Below are positions 51,024-60,432 of a DNA stretch of 64,000 bases, in pieces. How positions within the stretch are numbered: the stretch's first letter is position 1; every line of letters begins with the position of its first letter. The notes beneath the pieces are model-generated. The model was not told where the DNA came from. It did not search any database and was given only the letters and a program-made list of their open reading frames with translations. The stretch comes from Flammeovirgaceae bacterium (lineage in GTDB: Bacteria > Bacteroidota > Bacteroidia > Cytophagales > Flammeovirgaceae). The position numbers were made by a program, and so were the translations under genes. The DNA lies in NCBI GenBank assembly GCA_965225715.1, contig CBDDBK010000002.1, forward strand, positions 1,324,416 to 1,388,415, written 5' to 3'.

Positions 51024-54000
51024 TTAATTAACCTCCACCCATTGGCCTTCTGTTTTGGCGTATATGGTATTATCGTACATATCTTCTACTAAAATAGCAG
51101 GTAAATAATAACGCCCTTTAAAACTTGTATTAACTTGAACCCCAAATATTTTTGTTTTGCCTTTGCCGAGTTTAAAATAAGTTAATACCCTGTCGTCTCG
51201 AATGTCTTGATAGTCAAAATTTTGCTTTGATGAGCCAGATGACTTATTTAAACGGGTGTTTAATATTTCCCATCCCGAAGGAAAAATTTGGGTAAGCGCT
51301 AGATTTTGATAAGACTTAAGACCTTTATGGGTAACAGCTATTGCAGCGATTAAATCAGTGCCTGGAGCGACTTTTTTGGGATCTATAGGTTTATTATTAC
51401 TGTCAAAATAAGCGACTTTAATTGCCAGGCCCTGACTAGAAGCTTTATTTAAATTTTCTAACGCTTTGCCTCTTTGGATAATGCGAAGGTAGACGATACC
51501 TTTTCCTTTATTTTTAACATATAATTTTCCTTCAGGAGAAACTGACTGACGTACAATTTGAAAGGTTGAGTTTATATTTTGTACTTGCCCTTTTTCTTTA
51601 AGCTCAACCTGAATATGGGTGTTTGTTTTGGTATTAATAAGAAATTTGGAAGTTGCCAACAAAGCATAAGCCATTTCCTGTGTGTTGAGCCAACGTTCTT
51701 TAGAAAGTGTTTCATTAATGTTGTTTGCCAAGGTGAAAGCCTGTGTTTTATTGCCTAATAGGGTTAATGTTTCTAAAATCATAGCTGATTCTCTCAAAGG
51801 TGTGCTGTAATGATATTCAAAATGCTGAGTAGGCTGTGGACTTTCTGAACTAATATTTTTAATAATGCTTTCGGCTATTGATTTTTGACCTATCAAAGCA
51901 TAAGCAGCTGCCAGTCGCCATTTGGAAAGCGGGTTTTTAGGGTTGGATTCTTTGAATCGATTCATGAGTCCTAAAGGTCTCCCACCAGCCAATGCTAACG
52001 TGAATAAGCGGTAAGCCTGAACAAAATCATCGTTGTAACCGACTTTATTTTTTTGCCATATATTGGCTTGTTGTCTTTGAAATTTTTGCCATTTTTTCAA
52101 AACGCGCTTATTTACTGTGTATCCTTTATTTTTACATTCTATCATGAAATGGCCTGCATAATTGGTTAACCAATAATTGAATTGGCTATTACCTGTCCAT
52201 AAGGTAAAAGCCCCCTCACCTGTCTGAAAAGCAATTATCTTTTTAAGGGCTTCTTTAATATTATTTTCGATCTTAATTTTCTGTTTTTTGTCCAGTTCTA
52301 CCAACTCTCCGACATAAAGTTGAGGAAAGGCTTTGCTGATAGTTTGTTCCAAACAACCATGTGGATAATTGATAAGATAGTTGAGTCGATGTTCGATTTT
52401 GGCAGATTTTAAGGTGCTGAATTCTACAACAGCGCTGTTTGTACCGGCTGTACCAAAGGCCTGTAAATCGTAATTAAACTCTTCACCTACCATTAAAATT
52501 TTATCGTAGAGTTTGGTAGATAGAGGGTTAGGATTGCGACTTTGGATTTCAATTTCATGAGTTGCTTTTCCTTTATTGCTTTCGGCTTCTATATAGATTT
52601 TTCCATGACCTTCTTGCTTCATGACCTCTAAATTAAAATCTATAAACTTATCGCCAATTTCCTGAATATTAATCGTTTTAGAAGCACTACCTTCAAGTTT
52701 TACAACTCCATCTGTTTTTACGTTTATGCGTACATTTCCAAGGTTTGCTTCGGTTGCCAATAAGGAGACGGGCAATTTAACCTTTTCGCCCGGTCCAAGC
52801 ACACGAGGTAAAGACCCTAAAACCATTAAAGGCTGTCGGACAGGGACTGTTTTCTCAGAACTTCCATAACGCGAATCATAGCCTGATACGATCATTGCCC
52901 GAACGGAACCAATATAAGCCGGTAACTTGAACGTATGTTTTTTAGTTTGGTTTTTATCGAGAAAAAAAGGACCTAAATAAATAGCTACTGGCTTGAAACG
53001 ATTTGGTTTAGGTTTTTTATTTTTCTCATAATAATCACTTCCTCCAATTGCTAAAAGCCGATCTATTTGTCCTCCAAAAGCTCCGATAACATCACTATAT
53101 AAATCCCAAGTTTTTACGCCTAAACCTTCTTTAGAATAAAAATAGGACCAAGGATCAGGTGTTTTGTAATTGGTTAAATCTAAAAGACCTTCATCTACTA
53201 TAGCAATAGAATAAGCCATTGCTTGTCCATTTTTTTCCTTAACATTTAAAACAACTTCGCTGGAAGGTTGTAACTCTTGAGGCAATGAAATTTCGGGATA
53301 AAGTTTGGTATTTTCATCTATGACATCTATACCTCTAATGCCATAAAGACGTATAGGTAGATTATTTTCGGTTTGTGCATGAGGCTGAATAAGCGTTGTA
53401 TTAATATAAATATTGGGCGTCATGTCAGCTGTTGCTTTGAGGTTAATTTTGGTGTTGGTTTTTTTGGTATCTACCCAAAATTTATCAATAATTTTAGATC
53501 CATTTTCTATTGATACCAGAGCTTTCCCTACTTGAGTACTCGGAATGAGTAATTCTATATTTTCTCCGACTTTATATGATTTTTTATCAGTTTCTATACT
53601 TAGAAAAGCAGAACCCAATCCTTTTTTGCTTTTAGATGCCCAGCCCGGCCAGTCCATATAGATGACTTTCCCAGAACAGTGCCCGCCTTCATCACAAACT
53701 TTGACATAGTAGCGTCCCCAATCGGGATAATTAATCTTAAAATCAACTGATCCAAGACCATTAATGGTAGAAACTTTAGAGGTGAAAACCTTTTTGCGAA
53801 GTTCCGAACCTACGTAATTAGCTTTGTTGTTTGATTGATCCCACCACCATTTCCATGTCATTTTATAAACAGTTACCGAAATATTTTTTCGATTAACTTT
53901 TTGTCCATCAGTGTTTAGAGTAACTATATTGATTTTGTGATTTTTATCGGTCAAAAGCATACCTCTACTGTCGCCTTCGGGCAGGGTTAAACCGACATAA

Positions 54001-56543
54001 GTACGGTAAGGATAGTAAGGAATAGAAAAACGAGCTATGCTGAAATTGCCGCCCCGCTCAAAAACTTTACCACTAATAATGGCTTTCAAAAAACCAGATG
54101 CTCTATTTAACTTACCCAACTTGCTCATTTTGTAGTTAATAGATGCTTTTCCGCTAGGGTCTAAGGTACTTTCAAAGATTGTTTGAGGCTTGAAATCAAA
54201 ATTTTTGGAGAAGTCGGTAAAAATATAGTTGCTATAGCCTTTAAATAGAGTAGGGGAGGGTACCAGTTGAAGGTCAAACTTGGCTTTTAATCCTCCAGCC
54301 TCGACTCCTGTCAACCATTTTGTTTTTAGTTCTGCTTTAAGATTTAAATCTGAGGCGCTGAGATAGGTTTTTTCAAAAGTCATTTCGCTTTTTAAGCGGT
54401 TAGGTCTTATTGTCTCTACTTTTAAAGATTTTTGAAAAACAGTTTGACCTATGCGGATGCTGGCTTTCCAAACTCCTGTTAAATCTTCAGATTCAGTTGG
54501 AAGGTTAAAAGCGTACATGCTTTTTGCATTGTGTTGGGTGTTTAATTTTACTTTTAAGTTGCCTAAAGGGTCAGTAAGTTCTACAACGATAGGATGTCCG
54601 AGGGGTAAACGCTTTTCTTTGTCTTCTAAAAGAAGGGTCAAATGAATAGTATCACCGGGTCGCCAAACGCCTCTTTCGCCATAAATAAATCCTTTTAGTC
54701 CTTCTTTAATGGCTAAACCAGCAACATCAAAATTGCTTAAGGACAAAGACGAGCCATCGTCTAAGCGCAAATAAGCGTATTGCCCATTTTTTTTAACAAC
54801 AGCTAAAAAAGGTTTAATTTCTGTTTTTAAAGTTATAAAACCTTCAGAGTCACTCTGACCACTTGCTAGAGGTTGAAGTTGGAAATCTAATAATTCCACA
54901 TGTGCCTTTTCTTCGGGTTCAGCATTTAATAAATTGGTAACGATGAGATTAATATTTCGATCGTTCCCGATTTTAGCAATCAAACCTAAATCCGAAGCGA
55001 TGATATTTTGAGCTACTTTACGTTTTGACGTGTAATAAGACACATGACAAGGGTTTTTTCTTTCTTTCCATTTATAGCCTTCAGGAACATAATAGTTATC
55101 CCAATATGAATATTCAGAATAGTCGTCTTTCCATTCTTTTTTTAAATACAAATCCTGATTATCAACAAATTCAGCTTCGTCATCGCAAGGGTAGAGAGAT
55201 TGGTGTTGACGAAAAGATAATTCAACTCGGTAGATAGCACCTTTAGATTGGGTGATTAGGGTGTTTAAATCCAAATAAAAGCGATTCCAATTTTGAAGAT
55301 CGGTATGACCAAATGTTTCTAGAGAAATGGTTTTTTTAACAACATCTTTACCTACCCGTTTCATCTGTTTGCTGCCAGAAAGTCTATTATTTTGAAGAAA
55401 TTGAGGTACATTGGTATCGAAGATTTTAATAATCGTAACGTCCACTGATTTTAAGTTAACCGCTTCGAAAGGCAAAACAATACCTTTTTTTGAAGAAGGT
55501 AGAATCGTTCCTTTACCCACAAATTTTAGGGCTGGTTTTTCGGGTGTAAACCTCAAATCTTGACGGTGAGTTGTTTGATAAACTCGATTGCTTTTACTTT
55601 TTATGCCTTCATGAACAGTTAGTTTTTTCTTACCTACAATGGGACGACCCAAGTAGACCTTAATTTCGTTTTTATCTATTTCGAAGGTTAAATTTTTGTT
55701 GTTTTCAACTTCTATTAAGCCTTGTAAGTTTTGGTTTGGATCTAAAGGGTCGGAAAAAGTAATGGATATATATTTGGCGGGTTCGGAAATAAATTTAGCG
55801 GAGAGTAAAGTAAAAGTTTTGGAGGAAACAACCTTAATTCTATCTTTTATTAACTTGTCTATTCCAATGAATTTACCATTAATTTTATAACTAACATATC
55901 GATCTTTTTCTTTATCTCTTTGAATGTTGCTGACGGTAAAATAATGACTTTCTTCTTGGTGTTCCCAAACGATCTCTACGGGAAAATTGCTTTTAGGCTG
56001 GTTTAATGACAGCATTTTTTCGATTGATTCATTGGAGACTTTATCAGCAGTGAGCAATTTTCCACTAAGCTCATTATCTTGATTATTTTCGCCAAAACGC
56101 AAGGGTTCGAAGGAAACGCTAAAATCTTGTTTTAAAGTTTCAAAAGCAAAATCAAAAATGGTTAAGGGCTTTTTTATGTCCCAAAAAAGTTTTTTTAAAT
56201 GCAGTTCAGCCGAATAATAGACTCCATTTTCCAAAGGCTGGGCTGGAGTGAAAATAAGTGTTCTATTGTTAAATTTTTTTAATTCTCCATCTATATTTGG
56301 TGAAAAGGTCAATACTTTAGAACTTAAATAGTCTTCGTTTTCTGGAAGGTCTTTATTGAGTTCTACAATAATTTCGGATTGATTTGAAATCGTTCCTGTG
56401 GTGTACGAAGCGATATAATTCAAAAAATCCCGATCCTGATTCAAAATTTTTGCTTTCTGCTGGTTTAGATCTTTTTTGCCACAAGAAAACAAGATTAAAA
56501 GAATTAAAAAAGGTAGTTTGTTGAGCATATTTTGAGGGGACAT
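51024..56543 (-). CDS. Bacterial alpha-2-macroglobulin family lipoprotein with thioester motif
   Basis: 1839 aa. Lipobox ILLILFSCGKK, MG-domain-rich layout, and thioester motif YPHGCLEQ (GCLEQ encoded at complement 52344-52358). Confidence 0.9.
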   Translation of the reverse strand: MSPQNMLNKLPFLILLILFSCGKKDLNQQKAKILNQDRDFLNYIASYTTGTISNQSEIIVELNKDLPENEDYLSSKVLTFSPNIDGELKKFNNRTLIFTPAQPLENGVYYSAELHLKKLFWDIKKPLTIFDFAFETLKQDFSVSFEPLRFGENNQDNELSGKLLTADKVSNESIEKMLSLNQPKSNFPVEIVWEHQEESHYFTVSNIQRDKEKDRYVSYKINGKFIGIDKLIKDRIKVVSSKTFTLLSAKFISEPAKYISITFSDPLDPNQNLQGLIEVENNKNLTFEIDKNEIKVYLGRPIVGKKKLTVHEGIKSKSNRVYQTTHRQDLRFTPEKPALKFVGKGTILPSSKKGIVLPFEAVNLKSVDVTIIKIFDTNVPQFLQNNRLSGSKQMKRVGKDVVKKTISLETFGHTDLQNWNRFYLDLNTLITQSKGAIYRVELSFRQHQSLYPCDDEAEFVDNQDLYLKKEWKDDYSEYSYWDNYYVPEGYKWKERKNPCHVSYYTSKRKVAQNIIASDLGLIAKIGNDRNINLIVTNLLNAEPEEKAHVELLDFQLQPLASGQSDSEGFITLKTEIKPFLAVVKKNGQYAYLRLDDGSSLSLSNFDVAGLAIKEGLKGFIYGERGVWRPGDTIHLTLLLEDKEKRLPLGHPIVVELTDPLGNLKVKLNTQHNAKSMYAFNLPTESEDLTGVWKASIRIGQTVFQKSLKVETIRPNRLKSEMTFEKTYLSASDLNLKAELKTKWLTGVEAGGLKAKFDLQLVPSPTLFKGYSNYIFTDFSKNFDFKPQTIFESTLDPSGKASINYKMSKLGKLNRASGFLKAIISGKVFERGGNFSIARFSIPYYPYRTYVGLTLPEGDSRGMLLTDKNHKINIVTLNTDGQKVNRKNISVTVYKMTWKWWWDQSNNKANYVGSELRKKVFTSKVSTINGLGSVDFKINYPDWGRYYVKVCDEGGHCSGKVIYMDWPGWASKSKKGLGSAFLSIETDKKSYKVGENIELLIPSTQVGKALVSIENGSKIIDKFWVDTKKTNTKINLKATADMTPNIYINTTLIQPHAQTENNLPIRLYGIRGIDVIDENTKLYPEISLPQELQPSSEVVLNVKEKNGQAMAYSIAIVDEGLLDLTNYKTPDPWSYFYSKEGLGVKTWDLYSDVIGAFGGQIDRLLAIGGSDYYEKNKKPKPNRFKPVAIYLGPFFLDKNQTKKHTFKLPAYIGSVRAMIVSGYDSRYGSSEKTVPVRQPLMVLGSLPRVLGPGEKVKLPVSLLATEANLGNVRINVKTDGVVKLEGSASKTINIQEIGDKFIDFNLEVMKQEGHGKIYIEAESNKGKATHEIEIQSRNPNPLSTKLYDKILMVGEEFNYDLQAFGTAGTNSAVVEFSTLKSAKIEHRLNYLINYPHGCLEQTISKAFPQLYVGELVELDKKQKIKIENNIKEALKKIIAFQTGEGAFTLWTGNSQFNYWLTNYAGHFMIECKNKGYTVNKRVLKKWQKFQRQQANIWQKNKVGYNDDFVQAYRLFTLALAGGRPLGLMNRFKESNPKNPLSKWRLAAAYALIGQKSIAESIIKNISSESPQPTQHFEYHYSTPLRESAMILETLTLLGNKTQAFTLANNINETLSKERWLNTQEMAYALLATSKFLINTKTNTHIQVELKEKGQVQNINSTFQIVRQSVSPEGKLYVKNKGKGIVYLRIIQRGKALENLNKASSQGLAIKVAYFDSNNKPIDPKKVAPGTDLIAAIAVTHKGLKSYQNLALTQIFPSGWEILNTRLNKSSGSSKQNFDYQDIRDDRVLTYFKLGKGKTKIFGVQVNTSFKGRYYLPAILVEDMYDNTIYAKTEGQWVEVN

Positions 56544-56680
56544 AAGGTTAGAAAATCATTAATATTACAATAGACTCTATGTTGTAAAGTTTTTATTCCG
56601 TACAAAAAAATAAGGAAATAGTGTCTAAGAATCAAACATTTGTTTTTTTATTCCAAAGTGCTTATTTAGAAACGGTAAAA

Positions 56681-57280
56681 TTAGATATGAGGTTTAATAC
56701 TAAAATCAAATATCTTTTCTAAGTTAAACTCAAGGTCTTGAAACAAGAATGATTTTAACCGTTCATCTTCAGAAAACGATTTTGCTACATAGTATTTGCC
56801 TTCTTGATTCAAAGAATGGAGGATAACTAACTTTTCAATTGGATAAACTATCCAATATTCTTTTATTTTAGCTTCTTGGTAAAGGTAAAACTTATCGTGA
56901 AGGTCTGTTTTTGAATTATTTGGAGATAAAATTTCCACTACCAGATCGGGGGCTCCGATGGCGCCTCTTATGTCTATTTTGCTGTCATCACAAATCACAC
57001 ATAGATCAGGTTGCACGACGGTATGTAACTTATTGCCTTTAGGAATAGGTAAGCGAACATCGAAAGGCGCTGCGAATATTTGACAAGGTCGATCTTCAAG
57101 ACAATATATAAATCGAGATGTTAAGAGTGATGATATTGACTGATGCCGACTTGATGGGGCAGCCATCTTAAAAATTTTGCCTTTGAGCAACTCTACGCGC
57201 TCTTCAAATTTCCAAGACAAATAATCCGTATAGGTGTACAGCTTATCAAGATTTAGCTGATTGAATTGAGTAATTTCCAT
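56681..57280 (-). CDS. Uma2 (DUF820) family putative endonuclease, paralog 1
   Basis: YTDYLSWKFEERVELLKGKIFKMAAPSSRHQ, VQPDLCV and GAPDLVVEILSPNNSKTDLHDKFYLYQEAKIKEYWIV match the PD-(D/E)xK Uma2 pattern. Confidence 0.8.
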   Translation of the reverse strand: MEITQFNQLNLDKLYTYTDYLSWKFEERVELLKGKIFKMAAPSSRHQSISSLLTSRFIYCLEDRPCQIFAAPFDVRLPIPKGNKLHTVVQPDLCVICDDSKIDIRGAIGAPDLVVEILSPNNSKTDLHDKFYLYQEAKIKEYWIVYPIEKLVILHSLNQEGKYYVAKSFSEDERLKSFLFQDLEFNLEKIFDFSIKPHI

Positions 57281-57623
57281 AATTTATGCTCTATTAATAT
57301 ATTCAATTTATTGATTATCAGTATTATATCATTTAAATAAACAATGAAAAATAATTAATATTTTGATGATTAATTTTGTGGACATGGTCATTTACTTTTG
57401 GTTATACTCAAATTACTTAAAAAAAATATTTTTTCGGATTCCAACTTATTAATATTGAAAACCAACGTTTCGCAAAATAAAATAGCTTTGTTATAATTAG
57501 GAACTAAACTTGTTTTAGGTTTTTTATTGAAATTACCCAAACCTAACTAAAAAGGCAGAGAATGAAATAAAAAATTAGCTTGTTAAGGTTTGCCACTCAA
57601 TTTTTTGGAGCATCTATTTTTGA

Positions 57624-58160
57624 TCAAGTATTTTTAAAATCATCTTCGGTATATGCACTTGCGCCTTCATCAATGTTACTTTTAGCTATTCTGTAATCTT
57701 TGCCAGTTGTTGCTAGTTTAAAATCAGTGAGTTTACATTGTAAATCAGTAAGCTCGTCGACTTTTCTACTTATTTCACTTACTCCAATTATATTATCCTC
57801 AACTTGTGCTTCAATGTTTTTAGCTTTTTTATACAAATTGAGATAACCGTTGGCTGCTTTTACGTATTCATGCCAAAGGTCTTTATTTTTTGCTTTCAAT
57901 AGGTAAACGCTTATCCCAATTCCGAATAGAGATAACGCTCCAATGGCTATTTGGGAAAAATAAAAGGCAACACTTGATAGGGTTGCTACACTTATTACAA
58001 CTGAAATAATTTCTAAGTTATTGCGTTTAGATTCTAAATTCATTTCCTTGGCTTTAACTCTTTCGGCTGCTGCAAAAAATAAATTTTTTGAATAGGCAAA
58101 ATCCACTCTTAATTCCTGAAGACGCTTGTAAATATTGCTGTTTTTTGCTTCGTTTTCCAT
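57624..58160 (-). CDS. Two-TM effector-like protein (SLATT-like: SMODS and SLOG-associating 2TM)
   Basis: 178 aa: a helical N-terminus, two adjacent TM helices (IISVVISVATLSSVAFYF and IAIGALSLFGIGISVYLL) and a helical C-terminus. It starts 17 nt after the upstream nucleotidyltransferase gene on the same strand. Confidence 0.55.
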   Translation of the reverse strand: MENEAKNSNIYKRLQELRVDFAYSKNLFFAAAERVKAKEMNLESKRNNLEIISVVISVATLSSVAFYFSQIAIGALSLFGIGISVYLLKAKNKDLWHEYVKAANGYLNLYKKAKNIEAQVEDNIIGVSEISRKVDELTDLQCKLTDFKLATTGKDYRIAKSNIDEGASAYTEDDFKNT

Positions 58161-58177
58161 AGGGCATTTAAATTAAT

Positions 58178-58927
58178 TTATTTTGGGAAATCATTTCCAA
58201 ATAGTGTTTCTCTACAGTATTTGCCAAAGGTATCATCAGTCATGATTTTTAATTCTTGTAACTTATTTGAATCAAACCATTTGTAAATTTCAAATAATCT
58301 TGTAACTCCTTGACGATAAGAATCGATAGGTCCAAGTCGTTCTATCGCTAGAATTTCCATTTCAAAAGAGGGGAGTTTTGCCCATTTATTTATTTGTTTA
58401 CATCGTTTCATCATTTTGATTAATGGGACAAGCATTGGATTTTTTTTGTTTGCTTGGGTAAGATATTCTCTAAGCCTGTCTGGGTCTTCAATACATTTCC
58501 AAGCCTTTAAATCAGAGCTTGGAATCTTATAACATTTAACATCTGAAATATCATTTTCTAGTGCTGGTGTAAGCTCAAATTTGCAGTGTTTAAAATCAAG
58601 AACTACGCATGGTTTGTCTTGTCTAATTGCTGTATTGGAATACCTACTACGTAAATCCTTTTTTAACTTGTTGAAAACAGATTGAGGTGTTGGATTATCA
58701 GGTTCATGATATAGATAATCCATGATGACGAAAATATCAACATCATTCATTGGTCTAATTATTGTCTTTCTTTTATATGAACCTGTTAGTATAGTATTCA
58801 TGACATAGTCTAATTTTTGGAGTATATCCTGGCGCAAGTGTTTATGGGAATTAATCACTTTTTTTATCTCATTATCAGTTGGTTCAATAGCTTGTTTGAA
58901 TGTTTCAAACTTGGTTTGTAGACTCAT
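58178..58927 (-). CDS. SMODS/CD-NTase-like minimal nucleotidyltransferase
   Basis: Pol-beta-fold signature TGSYKRKTIIRPMNDVDIFV (GS...DxD, encoded around 58736-58783), a third acidic site in CVVLDFKHCKFELTPAL, then a helical C-terminal half. 249 aa. Confidence 0.6.
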   Translation of the reverse strand: MSLQTKFETFKQAIEPTDNEIKKVINSHKHLRQDILQKLDYVMNTILTGSYKRKTIIRPMNDVDIFVIMDYLYHEPDNPTPQSVFNKLKKDLRSRYSNTAIRQDKPCVVLDFKHCKFELTPALENDISDVKCYKIPSSDLKAWKCIEDPDRLREYLTQANKKNPMLVPLIKMMKRCKQINKWAKLPSFEMEILAIERLGPIDSYRQGVTRLFEIYKWFDSNKLQELKIMTDDTFGKYCRETLFGNDFPK

Positions 58928-59162
58928 GTCTTCAATTTTTTATGCTGTAAGTTTAAATAATGTTTGTAAAAAACTATTTTTCAATGCAAATTTAAAATAA
59001 CACAAAATTACCAAATCTAACCAAAAAAACGATGAAGAGCAACTCAAAAAAAGAGTTAGTTTTTCTTATAATAAAGTGCTACTTTTGCTGATTTGATGTA
59101 ATTTTGATTCAAGTTTTTTATTTAAAAAGTTGATTATAATAGTTTTATAAATTTATAAAAAA

Positions 59163-59438
59163 TCATTCACAGTTCATTGTTTTAGAGACTTTCTGTTTCA
59201 ATGTTTGTTGATTAGCCAACTCATACAGATATTCCGGGGCGAAATCAGCCCCATTTGACCATTCAATTGTGTTGTAGGGAATTGTAAAAGTTTTAAAATA
59301 GGAAACAACTTTTAGGGCTTCAAATACTTTTCCTTTAAGTTCGTATTCAAGATTGACTATTTTATACTTGCCATTGTTGAAATGTAATTCCAACTCATAG
59401 CCTTTGATGTATTTTGCCTTGATAATTTCCAAAAACAT
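59163..59438 (-). CDS. DUF2442 domain protein
   Basis: YELELHFNNGKYKIVNLE...WSNGADFAPEYLYEL. 7-nt gap after the DUF4160 gene. Confidence 0.75.
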   Translation of the reverse strand: MFLEIIKAKYIKGYELELHFNNGKYKIVNLEYELKGKVFEALKVVSYFKTFTIPYNTIEWSNGADFAPEYLYELANQQTLKQKVSKTMNCE

Positions 59439-59445
59439 AATTATA

Positions 59446-59703
59446 TTACTTTAGAGGTTCGATAGAATCTAATTTATCTCCTTTTTGAGCTTTTTGCCAA
59501 GATAGTGTTAATTCTTCGCTATGCAGTTCCAACCAGTCGAATATTAACTTTAAAGCTCTTTTAGGCATCTCACCTTTGACTATGCCTTCTTTTATTGAAA
59601 TACTGATTTTGTATTCTCCATACCATGCATGAAAGTGAGGAGGTGCATGGTCTTTATAATTCATCAAAATTTTTATTCCGTAGAATCTGCTAATTTCTGG
59701 CAT
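59446..59703 (-). CDS. DUF4160 domain protein
   Basis: MPEISRFYGIKILMNYKDHAPPHFHAWYGEYK...LPKRALKLIFDWLELH-type pattern characteristic of DUF4160. Confidence 0.75.
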   Translation of the reverse strand: MPEISRFYGIKILMNYKDHAPPHFHAWYGEYKISISIKEGIVKGEMPKRALKLIFDWLELHSEELTLSWQKAQKGDKLDSIEPLK

Positions 59704-59806
59704 TTTATATCAGTGATTTGTACAAATAAGATAGTTTGTTGAGCATATTTTAGGGGGAACTAGTTTATAAAATAACATAATGATAGTCATATTTTTTGTT
59801 TTTCTT

Positions 59807-60388
59807 CTAAAAATCAAAAATAGTTTTTAGTTCAAATTGAAGCCCTTCAAAAATAACGGATTGAACCTTGTTATCTTCTGTAAATGGCTTTAGGCCAATA
59901 TATTTACCTTCTTTATTTAAAATATAAATAAATAAAGTTTTTTCATAAGGTTGAACAATCCAATATTCTTTTACGCCAACTTCTTCATAGATATTGAATT
60001 TATCATCAAGGTCTCTTTTTGAATTTCCCGGAGACACAATTTCTATAATTAAATCGGGAGCGCCATTTCCTCCGCGTTTATCTATTTTACTTTTATCGCA
60101 AAACACACATAAATCGGGTTGAACAACCGTGTAAGCCTTATTGCCTTTAGGAATAGGCAAGCGAACATCAAAAGGCGCATGGTACACCTCACAAGGGCTA
60201 CCATGCAGTATGTTATCAAGTGCAACTATTAAATTTTTTGAGATTCTTTGATGCCTCGAACTTGGCGCTGCCATTTTGAAAACTTTGCCTTTGATAAGCT
60301 CCACACGCTCTTCAAATTTCCAAGATAAATAATCTGTGTAAGTATACAGCTTGTCAAGGTTCAGCTGATTGAATTGAGTAATTTCCAT
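59807..60388 (-). CDS. Uma2 (DUF820) family putative endonuclease, paralog 2
   Basis: The first 31 residues are identical to paralog 1. GAPDLIIEIVSPGNSKRDLDDKFNIYEEVGVKEYWIV core. Confidence 0.8.
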   Translation of the reverse strand: MEITQFNQLNLDKLYTYTDYLSWKFEERVELIKGKVFKMAAPSSRHQRISKNLIVALDNILHGSPCEVYHAPFDVRLPIPKGNKAYTVVQPDLCVFCDKSKIDKRGGNGAPDLIIEIVSPGNSKRDLDDKFNIYEEVGVKEYWIVQPYEKTLFIYILNKEGKYIGLKPFTEDNKVQSVIFEGLQFELKTIFDF

Positions 60389-60432
60389 GATGTTAAGTTT
60401 ATGCTTTTTGTTAATTACTAAATACTATTAAA

